DNA of 32,000 nt from an uncultured archaeon (GTDB lineage Archaea > Iainarchaeota > Iainarchaeia > Iainarchaeales > JAAZKV01), in assembly GCA_964551375.1 (NCBI GenBank), contig CAZKBG010000001.1, positions 600,001 to 632,000 on the forward strand. Reading direction: 5' to 3'. The notes beneath the pieces are model-generated. The model was not told the DNA's origin. It saw nothing but the letters and a program-made list of their open reading frames with translations, and ran no database searches. This document shows positions 1-8,007 of this stretch, one piece after another. Made by a program: the position numbers and the translations under genes. Numbering within the stretch: position 1 is the first letter of the stretch; every line of letters starts with the position of its first letter.

Positions 1-501
1 ATGCTCAAATAATTAATTTTCTTAAACTCCAAAAGCTCGCACGCAGCCCTTACTCCTGAAAGAGATTTATCTGCATACACATCATTTGCAATCAAAATCA
101 CCGGATTAGTGGAAGATTTTATTATTGAAAGAACAGCGCTCATCCCGCCCCTGTCTTTTGAAGACAAGCCGTCAATTTCATCAATCAAAACAAGGCGCTT
201 TGTTCCAAAAAGAGAAGAATTTGCCGTTGCGGCTCCTGCAACATGCTCAATTGAAGCCTTATCCCTTAAATCGCTCGCATTCATTTCAAATAACTGCCAC
301 TTAAACTCTTTCGCAATCAAATAAGCAAGCGCGGTTTTACCAATGCCAGGATTTCCATAAAAAAATATTGGCTTTTGCTTAACATCAGCCTGCCAACTTT
401 CCGCCCAAGCCCTTGCCCTGTCAACAATTTCGACATTTCCAATAAATTCCTCAAAATTCTTAGGAAAATACTTATCTGTGAAAAGATCGGTTGAAATCAT
501 A
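1..501 (-). CDS. rfcL: Replication factor C large subunit (clamp loader), N-terminal part, truncated by the window edge
   Basis: Reverse-strand translation from ATG at 501: MISTDLFTDKYFPKNFEEFIGNVEIVDRARAWAESWQADVKQKPIFFYGNPGIGKTALAYLIAKEFKWQLFEMNASDLRDKASIEHVAGAATANSSLFGTKRLVLIDEIDGLSSKDRGG...ANDVYADK...CELLEFKKINY. Walker A, Walker B (LIDEIDG) and the NASD/ACELLEFK motifs match archaeal RfcL. Open to position 1, so absent from the ORF track. Confidence 0.9.
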
Positions 502-594
502 ACAAAATCCTAACATATACTCCATGCGAAAGAATTAAAACAAAAACACCGCGCCTAAAAACATTGTTAAAATGAATCTAAAGAATTAATAATC

Positions 595-1308
595 ATGGGA
601 GAAATATACCAGCGGGCAACAAACCCAAAACAATACGACTTAAACGACATCAATTGGACGCATGAAACCTCAGATTCGCCGCACAGAATGTTTTATTATG
701 AATACCTGCAAAAATACAAAGACAAATGGAAAAATGCAAAAGTACTTGACATCGGCTCGGGACTCGGATGGCTGCTTTTAAAAGTCAGCGAAAACGGAGC
801 TCAGCTTGTCGAAGGAATAGAGCCTTCAAAAAATAATTACTTAACCTCCAAAAAACAGCACCCTTCGCTTACGGTATATAATACAGATTTCGAAAACTTT
901 GAAACAACAAAAAGATACAATATAATCACAGGAATTATGGTGTTCAACCATATCGCAGACATAAATAAAGCATTTGAAAAAGCATACTCGCTTCTTGAAG
1001 ACAGGGGAGAGCTTTGGATAATAATACACGAATTTTACTATGCTCAAACGCCAAGATTCGGATATGAAATTGAAAAAGAAAAAATCAATGAGGATGAATA
1101 CGCATTAAAAGTTGACAGAAAAAGCTGGAAAATAATAGCTGATGTTGTGAGAAAAGAAGAAGTATACATTAAAGCCGCTCAAAAAGCGGGGCTTAAACTT
1201 ATTGAAACAACGCCAATCACTCCTACTCCTGAGCTGATTAAGAAAATACCGCAATATGCGATTCTTAAAAATACTCCCACAAACAGATTACTGCGCTTCC
1301 AAAAGTAA
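595..1308 (+). CDS. Class I SAM-dependent methyltransferase
   Basis: ORF 237 aa; motif I VLDIGSGLGWLLLKV, acidic residue VEGIEPS, post-I/motif II region ITGIMVFNHIADINKAFEKAYSLLEDRGELWI. Confidence 0.8.
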   Translation: MGEIYQRATNPKQYDLNDINWTHETSDSPHRMFYYEYLQKYKDKWKNAKVLDIGSGLGWLLLKVSENGAQLVEGIEPSKNNYLTSKKQHPSLTVYNTDFENFETTKRYNIITGIMVFNHIADINKAFEKAYSLLEDRGELWIIIHEFYYAQTPRFGYEIEKEKINEDEYALKVDRKSWKIIADVVRKEEVYIKAAQKAGLKLIETTPITPTPELIKKIPQYAILKNTPTNRLLRFQK

Positions 1309-1351
1309 GTTGCAACAGAGTTTAAAAAACCACTCAAACAGGAAATAATTC

Positions 1352-2563
1352 ATGCAAATAGGAATAGTTGGAAAGCCAAGCTCTGGAAAATCAACCTTTT
1401 TCAGCTCTGCAACACTAGTTGATGTTGCAATTGCGAGCTACCCTTTTACCACAATAGAGCCAAACAAAGGAATTGGATTTGTTAGAGTGGAAGACGCAGG
1501 AAAATTCTTTGGCGTAACAAGCAACCCAAAACACGGCTTTTTAGTGCAGGACCCAGTAAAAGGGCCTATTAGATACGTGCCAGTTGAGCTAATTGATGTG
1601 GCAGGACTTGTTCCCGGCGCAAACGAAGGAAAGGGACTGGGAAACAAGTTTTTGAATGACTTATCACAGGCAGATGCATTAATTCATGTGGTTGACGCAA
1701 GCGGAAGCACGGATTCGGAAGGAAAAGAAGTTCCTGAAGGGAGCCATGACCCAATTATTGATGTGAAATTCCTTGAAGAAGAACTTGAACTATGGTTTTT
1801 AAAAATTATTGAAAACAACTGGACAAAATCTGGAAGAAGCCCTGAAAAAGACTTTGGGAAAAAAGTAACACTAATCGCGCAAATGCTTGCTGGAGTTAAA
1901 ATTCTTCCATGGCATATAGAAAAAGCAATGAGGGAAATGAAAATTGATGAAAAACTGCTTAATGAATGGACAAGCGAGGACAAACGAATTTTTGCGCACA
2001 AATGCAGAGTTTGGAGCAAGCCCATATTAATAGCAGCAAATAAATGCGACTTGCCAAGCGGAGAAAAAAATGTAAAAAGAATGAAAGAAGCTTTCCCAAA
2101 CACTTACATTGTCCCATGCTCTGCCGCAAGCGAATTATCGCTTAGAAAAGCCGCAAAAATGGGAATACTAAAATACTATCCAGGACAGGATAATTTTGAA
2201 CTGCTTGGAAATTTAAATGAAAAACAAAAAGCAGGAATTGAAACTATACGGCACAACGTGCTTGAAAAATTCAAAAGCACTGGAGTGCAGGAATGCCTTG
2301 ACACAGCGGTTTTTAATTTACTAAAATATTTCCCAGTGTTCCCCGGCGGAACAAAGGGGCTTGCTGATTCACAGGGGAGAATTATCCCTGACTGCTTTTT
2401 GATGCCGCAGAACTCGACAGCGCTGGATTTTGCTTACACGCTACACACTGATATGGGAGACGGATTCATCAGAGCAATTGATGTAAAAACAAAACAAGTA
2501 ATTGGAAAAGAACACGCCCTAAAATACGGGGATGTAATTGAACTGGTTTTTAAAAAACCATAA
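1352..2563 (+). CDS. ychF: YchF/OLA1-family GTPase/ATPase with C-terminal TGS domain
   Basis: ORF 403 aa; MQIGIVGKPSSGKSTFFSSATL, SYPFTTIEPNKG, DVAGLVPGA, NKCD, and C-terminal TGS-like FAYTLHTDMGDGFIRAIDVKTKQVIGKEHALKYGDVIELVF. Confidence 0.93.
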   Translation: MQIGIVGKPSSGKSTFFSSATLVDVAIASYPFTTIEPNKGIGFVRVEDAGKFFGVTSNPKHGFLVQDPVKGPIRYVPVELIDVAGLVPGANEGKGLGNKFLNDLSQADALIHVVDASGSTDSEGKEVPEGSHDPIIDVKFLEEELELWFLKIIENNWTKSGRSPEKDFGKKVTLIAQMLAGVKILPWHIEKAMREMKIDEKLLNEWTSEDKRIFAHKCRVWSKPILIAANKCDLPSGEKNVKRMKEAFPNTYIVPCSAASELSLRKAAKMGILKYYPGQDNFELLGNLNEKQKAGIETIRHNVLEKFKSTGVQECLDTAVFNLLKYFPVFPGGTKGLADSQGRIIPDCFLMPQNSTALDFAYTLHTDMGDGFIRAIDVKTKQVIGKEHALKYGDVIELVFKKP

Positions 2564-2620
2564 AATTAAACAATTAAAAAAACTGCTTAAAACAAAAGCA
2601 ACAAACCATAAAAAAAGCAA

Positions 2621-3082
2621 TTATTTCTTTTTCTTTGACTTTTTGAACTCGGCTTTAAATGAACTGACTTTCTCTTTTGGCTGGGCAAATCCTGCAAAAA
2701 ATGCAGGAAGCTTTTTCACAAAATAAACATATTGAATTACAAGAGCTATAAGCGGGATTATAATCAGCCAAAACGCAAGATTTGAATCCTTCATGAAAAT
2801 AAAATTAATTATGCTTATAATAAAACAAACTGTCGGGATAATCAGTAAAACTGAAAAAGCCGCGATGAAAATTACTTTTAAAATTCCAAACTGCTTTGCA
2901 ATATCCCTAAAAAGAATTTTTGAATTAACCCCGGCGCCCTTAAGAACCCAAAAATTAACAAATAAAACTGCTCCTACTACCAAAAACTTCACCAAATTGG
3001 GCACTGCGATTATGAAAAACTCAATAATCGAAATGATGAATAAAAAATCAAGCCACAAACTCATGCACATAATTATGCTCAA
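2621..3082 (-). CDS. Small multi-helix membrane protein with Lys-rich C-terminal tail, unknown function
   Basis: 153 aa ORF with about four hydrophobic segments and the tail KAEFKKSKKKK. Same strand as neighbouring genes. The overlapping + strand ORFs look less protein-like. Confidence 0.6.
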   Translation of the reverse strand: MSIIMCMSLWLDFLFIISIIEFFIIAVPNLVKFLVVGAVLFVNFWVLKGAGVNSKILFRDIAKQFGILKVIFIAAFSVLLIIPTVCFIISIINFIFMKDSNLAFWLIIIPLIALVIQYVYFVKKLPAFFAGFAQPKEKVSSFKAEFKKSKKKK

Positions 3083-3165
3083 AGATGTTAAAAGACTAAC
3101 TAAGGATAGAAGAACAAAATGCGGGAAAAATAGATTTTATGGAGCAAAGCTCCACAAATCAAAAA

Positions 3166-3498
3166 TTACTTGCTTTCAATAACTTCAGAAACAGTTGTTG
3201 AAATAGGCTTATTTGCTGTTACGGTAGTTGTAGTGGTTGTTGTTTCCTTAACAGGAACCTGCGCAGTTGTTACTGAAACTGTTTTTGTAACTTCTTTTGA
3301 AGCAAGCTTCTTTTCATCAGCCCTTATTTTTTCAGCAAGCGCCTTAAGAGAAGCATCTTTGCCTTTGAGTTTCTTTAACGTGTAAAAATATGCGTTAATC
3401 ATCTGATCAAGGTCAAGCGTTCGCTTAAAACCAAGGCGGGCAACCTCCTCAAAGTACAGTCTCACAATTCTGAAAGCTACTTCTTCGTCATTCATCAA
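3166..3498 (-). CDS. Uncharacterised small protein: conserved ~38-aa N-terminal domain plus Thr-rich tail
   Basis: 110 aa ORF (likely ATG at 3495). N-terminal DEEVAFRIVRLYFEEVARLGFKRTLDLDQMINAYFYTL is paralogous to the C-terminus of the next upstream gene. Confidence 0.75.
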   Translation of the reverse strand: MMNDEEVAFRIVRLYFEEVARLGFKRTLDLDQMINAYFYTLKKLKGKDASLKALAEKIRADEKKLASKEVTKTVSVTTAQVPVKETTTTTTTVTANKPISTTVSEVIESK

Positions 3499-3511
3499 AC
3501 CACCGCAAAAA

Positions 3512-4327
3512 TTACTTTACAATTCCTGAATCATTAACCGATTCAACAAAATTATCAGGCTTTGCGCCCTTCATCTTCACTCTTGCAAGAGAATAGAAGT
3601 ACGCGTCAATTATTTCATCAAGAGTCAATCTTCTCTTAAAACCAAGACGAGCTACTTCAATGAAATAAGTCTGCATTATCTTAAACGCAATCTCTTCATC
3701 ATCAGGACCAAGCGCTTCCTTTAAGTCATGCTTTGTCAAAGAATGAGTCGCCGCTGAAGATTCAAGCATGGATTTAAACTGCGCCGAGTTTATTCCGCTC
3801 TGATTGGCAGTTCTTGTCCTTGTAATCGTTCTTGTAATTAACTTTGGCTTTGATTTTCTTACAATAATTTTTGGCTTAGAAGCAATTCTTCGCACAACTG
3901 TTTTAGTCACAGTTCTTGTTTTGCCTTTCTTTCCCAATTTTCCTGCTTTTGCTAATTTCCAAAGCGCAACAGACTGAGTAAAAGTCTTGCCAATACGCAT
4001 CTGCGAGCCGATAAATTGATTGTATGCGCTTGGTCTTCTCTTATCCTGCTCTTGAAGTTTTTTGTAACTAGACCACTGCTTAGCGGCCTGAACAAATGTT
4101 CTTCCGGATTTAATCTGCTTTCTTATAAAAAAATTATATTCTGAAACATGGCCTCTTGCAGCCTTCTTTTTCTTTAACTTGTCAAGCTCTTCCCGAAGTT
4201 TAATAATCTCCGCGTCCTGCTTAGCATTATGCTTAGCATTCTTGCTTCTTTCTTTCTTTAATTCTTTCTTAATAACTCTTTTAGAAGCTGAAATCTTCTT
4301 ATCAACAGTTTTAGCCTGAACCATCAA
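3512..4327 (-). CDS. Uncharacterised basic protein with coiled-coil-like N-terminus, two tandem YABBY/HMG-like repeats, basic linker and conserved C-terminal domain
   Basis: 271 aa ORF (first M is a TTG codon, ATG at 4324). Repeats VSEYNFFIRKQIKSGRTFVQAAKQWSSYKK and PSAYNQFIGSQMRIGKTFTQSVALWKLAK; C-terminal DEEIAFKIMQTYFIEVARLGFKRRLTLDEIIDAYFYSL. Confidence 0.8.
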   Translation of the reverse strand: MMVQAKTVDKKISASKRVIKKELKKERSKNAKHNAKQDAEIIKLREELDKLKKKKAARGHVSEYNFFIRKQIKSGRTFVQAAKQWSSYKKLQEQDKRRPSAYNQFIGSQMRIGKTFTQSVALWKLAKAGKLGKKGKTRTVTKTVVRRIASKPKIIVRKSKPKLITRTITRTRTANQSGINSAQFKSMLESSAATHSLTKHDLKEALGPDDEEIAFKIMQTYFIEVARLGFKRRLTLDEIIDAYFYSLARVKMKGAKPDNFVESVNDSGIVK

Positions 4328-4359
4328 ATCAACCCGCTATATACTATTCTTTATGGCAG

Positions 4360-4367
4360 TATAAAAA
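4360..4367 (-). promoter_or_regulatory. Putative archaeal TATA box for the 271-aa gene
   Basis: Minus strand reads CCTTTTTATACTG about 35 nt upstream of the ATG at 4324. Confidence 0.5.
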
Positions 4368-4431
4368 GGTTATTCTAACTAGTAACCGCATGAAGTTAAC
4401 CAAAATGAGCCAATTTAGCGAAAAAGGACAG

Positions 4432-5511
4432 CTAAGCTTTTTTGCGCTTAATAATTCGAGTAAAACCTCTTCCTTTCACTATTTTCTCAAGCGAAATCAT
4501 CCCTTTCTTTTCAAGCTCTGAAATTGCGGTTCTTAGAGTTCTCTCTGAAAAATATTTTTCAAGTTCGGAGTAAATAAAACCACTATCAACGTCTTTAGCA
4601 GAATTTTTGTCCAATAAATTGAGTATCTTTTCTTCTTGTTCAGTAAGATTTTTAGTAATTTCAACCTTAACCGGCTTCTCCTGCATAAAAGCAGCCCTAA
4701 CGTGCTTAGGAAGAACCTTCTTTGAATTCTCGCGCTCCGCAAGACGCGCAGATTTTAGAAGAGTATCCACTGCAATCCTCGCATCCCCCCCGTTTTTAGC
4801 CGCATGAGCAGCGCAAAGAGGAATAACTTCATCATCAAGCGAAAAATCAAAGAACGCATACTTGCTTCGCTCTTTTAAAATCCCTTTCAACTCAAGAGGA
4901 GAATACTGCTCAAACGGAATGCTTGACGCCGAAAGCGAACTTCTAATCCTATCATCAAGACGCGAAAGGAAAAAATTATCATTTGAAATAAACACAAGCG
5001 CAATAGGAATCTTCTGCTGTTCAGGAAGCCTTGACAAATCATACAAAAGCGATTTTCTCTGCTCATCTTTTAAAAGCTGTTCAGCTTCGTCAAAAACAAT
5101 TACAGGAATTACTTTAGTAGTACGAAGCACCGCAACAAATTTACTAAACACTTCCTCAAAACCCACCCCCCTGTCCGGAACCGCATAACCCATAGTATTA
5201 GTTAATTTTGAAAGAATAGCCTGCTTTGTGGAGAATTCAAAACAATTAATATAAACACACTTTGAGCGGTCGCTAAATTCACTCAATTCATTAAGAACAT
5301 ACTTTAGAGTAACTGTCTTACCCGTCCCAGGCTTTCCAAAAACAAAAGCATTAGTAGGCTTTTTCCCAGTAGTTGCGGGCTTGAGGCAGAAAACAAGCTC
5401 GCTAATCTGCTCCTCCCTATATGGAAGCTTTTCAGGAACAAACTCAGGATACAAAAACCTTTCATCCTTGAAAATCGAATTGACCTTATCAGACTCAAAA
5501 ATATTGCTCAT
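4432..5511 (-). CDS. cdc6: Orc1/Cdc6 family replication initiator (AAA+ ATPase with C-terminal winged helix)
   Basis: 359 aa; FVFGKPGTGKTVTLKYVL (Walker A), VIVFDEAEQLL (Walker B), VFISNDNFFLSRLDDRIRSSL (sensor I region), GGDARIAVDTLLKSARLAE, and C-terminal wHTH TERTLRTAISELEKKGMISLEKIVKGRGFTRII. Confidence 0.88.
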   Translation of the reverse strand: MSNIFESDKVNSIFKDERFLYPEFVPEKLPYREEQISELVFCLKPATTGKKPTNAFVFGKPGTGKTVTLKYVLNELSEFSDRSKCVYINCFEFSTKQAILSKLTNTMGYAVPDRGVGFEEVFSKFVAVLRTTKVIPVIVFDEAEQLLKDEQRKSLLYDLSRLPEQQKIPIALVFISNDNFFLSRLDDRIRSSLSASSIPFEQYSPLELKGILKERSKYAFFDFSLDDEVIPLCAAHAAKNGGDARIAVDTLLKSARLAERENSKKVLPKHVRAAFMQEKPVKVEITKNLTEQEEKILNLLDKNSAKDVDSGFIYSELEKYFSERTLRTAISELEKKGMISLEKIVKGRGFTRIIKRKKA

Positions 5512-5629
5512 CCAACCACAATAACCAAGCTGAAATACTTAATGATGATGGGATTAAAAAATAATCTAAAAAATCGCCCTTGTACAAAGAGTATTAAATA
5601 CCCCAAAGATAATACTCATTACGATAAAA

Positions 5630-6271
5630 ATGATAGCAGAACTGCTTGTGCCATTTGTTCTTGAAATACTAAAAGCCATTGACTGGCTGGGAGTATTTCT
5701 CTTAATGACAGCTGAAAGCACGCTTCTTCCAGTGCCAAGCGAAGCAGTGCTCCCCTTTGCAGGGTATTTAGTCGCGCAGGGACAAATGAATCTATGGGTT
5801 GCACTCGCATCAGCAACAATCGGAACCATATTAGGCTCAGCAATATCCTATGCAATCGGAAAATACCTTGGAAGAGCGGTTGTTGCAAGATACGGAAAAT
5901 ATGTGCTGGTAACAGAACACGACCTTGACATTGCAAAAAACTGGTTTGACAAGCACGGCGAGAAAATGATATTTATCTGCAGATTTATACCCGTTATAAG
6001 ACATGTAATTTCAATCCCTGCGGGAATTGCACAAATGAATTTTAAGAAATTCATTCTTTACACCGCAATCGGAGGGCTTCTTTGGAACGCATTTTTAATA
6101 TATGTTGGAATGCAGCTCCAGCAAAACTGGGATGTGATACTAAAGTACTCACAATGGATTGACATTTTAGCAATTATAGTAATAGTAATTGCAATTGCAT
6201 GGTTTGTTGGCACAAAACTTAAAAAAGACAAAATTGCAAAGAAACCAGATTCGAAAAAAAAGAAAAAATAA
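5630..6271 (+). CDS. DedA-family (SNARE-associated/VTT) membrane protein with Lys-rich C-terminus
   Basis: 213 aa; GTILGSAISYAIGKYLGR, ICRFIPVIRHVISIPAGIAQMNFKKFILYTAIGGLLWNAFLIYVG. C-terminus KKDKIAKKPDSKKKKK. Confidence 0.88.
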   Translation: MIAELLVPFVLEILKAIDWLGVFLLMTAESTLLPVPSEAVLPFAGYLVAQGQMNLWVALASATIGTILGSAISYAIGKYLGRAVVARYGKYVLVTEHDLDIAKNWFDKHGEKMIFICRFIPVIRHVISIPAGIAQMNFKKFILYTAIGGLLWNAFLIYVGMQLQQNWDVILKYSQWIDILAIIVIVIAIAWFVGTKLKKDKIAKKPDSKKKKK

Positions 6272-6324
6272 TTGTATTTTCAAATATTTAAGTTTTCAAA
6301 AATTTAAGTTTAGTTTAGTGAATT

Positions 6325-7983
6325 TTAAAGCTCGATTTCAAAAAGCACTACTGGTTTTCTTAAGCCGAAGTTATCAAGAACTTCCTTTTTTACTTCACCA
6401 ATGAATCCTTTTTTGTTTCCAATTATTACTTCAGCGGAGTTTTCGCTAAAAAACGCAAACTGCTTCTTTTTTACTTCATTTTTCAAACCCAAGTATTTGC
6501 AAAGCGAATCAAGATGCGACTTTATTTCAGTGTAATTTGCATTTGAATGAGTCAATGCAACGCACAAATTATTTGACTGCTTAATTCCATTCTCTGCTTT
6601 TGAATCAACCGCAAGACAAGACCCTATCTCAAAAATCCGCTGAGGATACTCTTGATTTTTATTCTTTGCAAAAAACTCAAGAAGCTGAGGAGCAAGTCTT
6701 TTTCTTAAAATTTCATAACTTGTTGAAACAGGATTTGCTATTTCCACAAATTCCTCTTTATCAAGAAGAACTTTATTTGCCTGAACTTCTTTTGAAGTCA
6801 TATTGTAAAGCATTATTTCCTGAAGAGCAAGACCAACGCAGCCCTCTCTTACAAAATCATTATAGAGAGCAATTGGAAGCTGAGAACCCACTACATTCAT
6901 CTCAACTTTTACAGGAGCAATTTTATTAAATCCGTAAGAAATAAGCATGTCTTCAATAATATCCACGGGGTGCATTATGTCAGTTCTGTAAGTAGGATAC
7001 TCAACATGAACTTTCTCCCCTTTAATTTCAGCATTATACCTTGCTTTCAAAAGCAAATCAAGAATTTCCTTGTCTTTTAATCCAAGCCCAGTTTTCACTT
7101 CAACTAACTCTTTAGCAAAAGACATTTTCTCTGTTTTAAATTCAGGCGAATTAACAGACTTTGCAGGATACGGCTTAGCGTCCTTTGGAAAATGAACTTT
7201 GCAGGACTCAATCTTAGCCCCTCTGTCTGCGAGCGCCATGCAAATAACTTCAAGAGCAGTAGAAACTGTTTCCCACTTAAATCCAGTGCATTCAATAAAA
7301 AGATTTTTTGTGCTCTCAGTAACTTTTCCAGTAGTCTGGGAGTTAATTATAGGAGGCATTGAAGCAACTGTATTTTTTGAATCAATTACTATTGGGTAAA
7401 CTTTTGCGCCTTCTAAAAGATGCTTATACGCTTTTCCCTTTTCATGCTGGGCTAAAATCTCGCTCGGTTTCATTGAAACCTTCCATTCAAGAGGAACAAA
7501 TTCAATCTCATCATCCTTAAATCCCTTATAATAAACAGGCGCTTTCATTATGTCAAAGTCATACAACCCTATTCCAAGCTCTTTTCTTTTTCTTCCGTAA
7601 TTTTCCCCTACTTTTTCCTGAAGCTGAATCATCTGCTTTAGCAGTTCTTCATTAATTTTAACATTTCTAACTACCGCGCATGCAATTAAGGGCCTCACTT
7701 TTTCAAGATTAGCATCAACGTGAACACTTACCCCGCTTGGAGTTACTTTGTATTCTTTAATTCCCTTATCTTTTCCAGTTCTTGCAAGCAAATCCCTTGA
7801 AATCCCTTCAGCGCTCCATAAATCAGGTCGATTTGTTTCCTTGCAGTCAATACGAAGAACATCCCCGTCAAGCAAATCAATCTCGCCTTTAATGTACTCA
7901 AGCTCTTCTTCAAGAAGCTCCCTTGAATACTTCTTGCCCATGAAGCTTTCCAAATCTTTTTTTGAAATTTCCAAATTCGGCAT
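6325..7983 (-). CDS. pheT: Phenylalanine--tRNA ligase beta subunit (archaeal/eukaryal type)
   Basis: 552 aa; PNLEISKKDLESFMGKKYS, DVLRIDCKETNRPDLWSAEGISRDL, YPTYRTDIMHPVDIIEDMLISYGFNKI, PQRIFEIGSCL. Next to pheS. Confidence 0.95.
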   Translation of the reverse strand: MPNLEISKKDLESFMGKKYSRELLEEELEYIKGEIDLLDGDVLRIDCKETNRPDLWSAEGISRDLLARTGKDKGIKEYKVTPSGVSVHVDANLEKVRPLIACAVVRNVKINEELLKQMIQLQEKVGENYGRKRKELGIGLYDFDIMKAPVYYKGFKDDEIEFVPLEWKVSMKPSEILAQHEKGKAYKHLLEGAKVYPIVIDSKNTVASMPPIINSQTTGKVTESTKNLFIECTGFKWETVSTALEVICMALADRGAKIESCKVHFPKDAKPYPAKSVNSPEFKTEKMSFAKELVEVKTGLGLKDKEILDLLLKARYNAEIKGEKVHVEYPTYRTDIMHPVDIIEDMLISYGFNKIAPVKVEMNVVGSQLPIALYNDFVREGCVGLALQEIMLYNMTSKEVQANKVLLDKEEFVEIANPVSTSYEILRKRLAPQLLEFFAKNKNQEYPQRIFEIGSCLAVDSKAENGIKQSNNLCVALTHSNANYTEIKSHLDSLCKYLGLKNEVKKKQFAFFSENSAEVIIGNKKGFIGEVKKEVLDNFGLRKPVVLFEIEL

Positions 7984-8007
7984 AAAATCACATCAAATAA
8001 AAATTAT

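Noticed and set aside
1438-2103. Antisense ORFs (69, 61, 139 aa) within ychF
   Set aside because: They lie opposite a confident YchF coding sequence and have low-quality Ser/Phe/Leu-rich composition.
2793-3182. 129-aa + strand ORF overlapping the 153-aa membrane protein
   Set aside because: Both strands are open, but the - strand product has coherent transmembrane segments and matches the orientation of neighbouring genes. The + strand ORF is not conclusively excluded.
5512-5629. Replication origin with ORB elements between orc1/cdc6 and dedA
   Set aside because: I saw no convincing ORB consensus with a G-string; only the short inverted repeat is reported.
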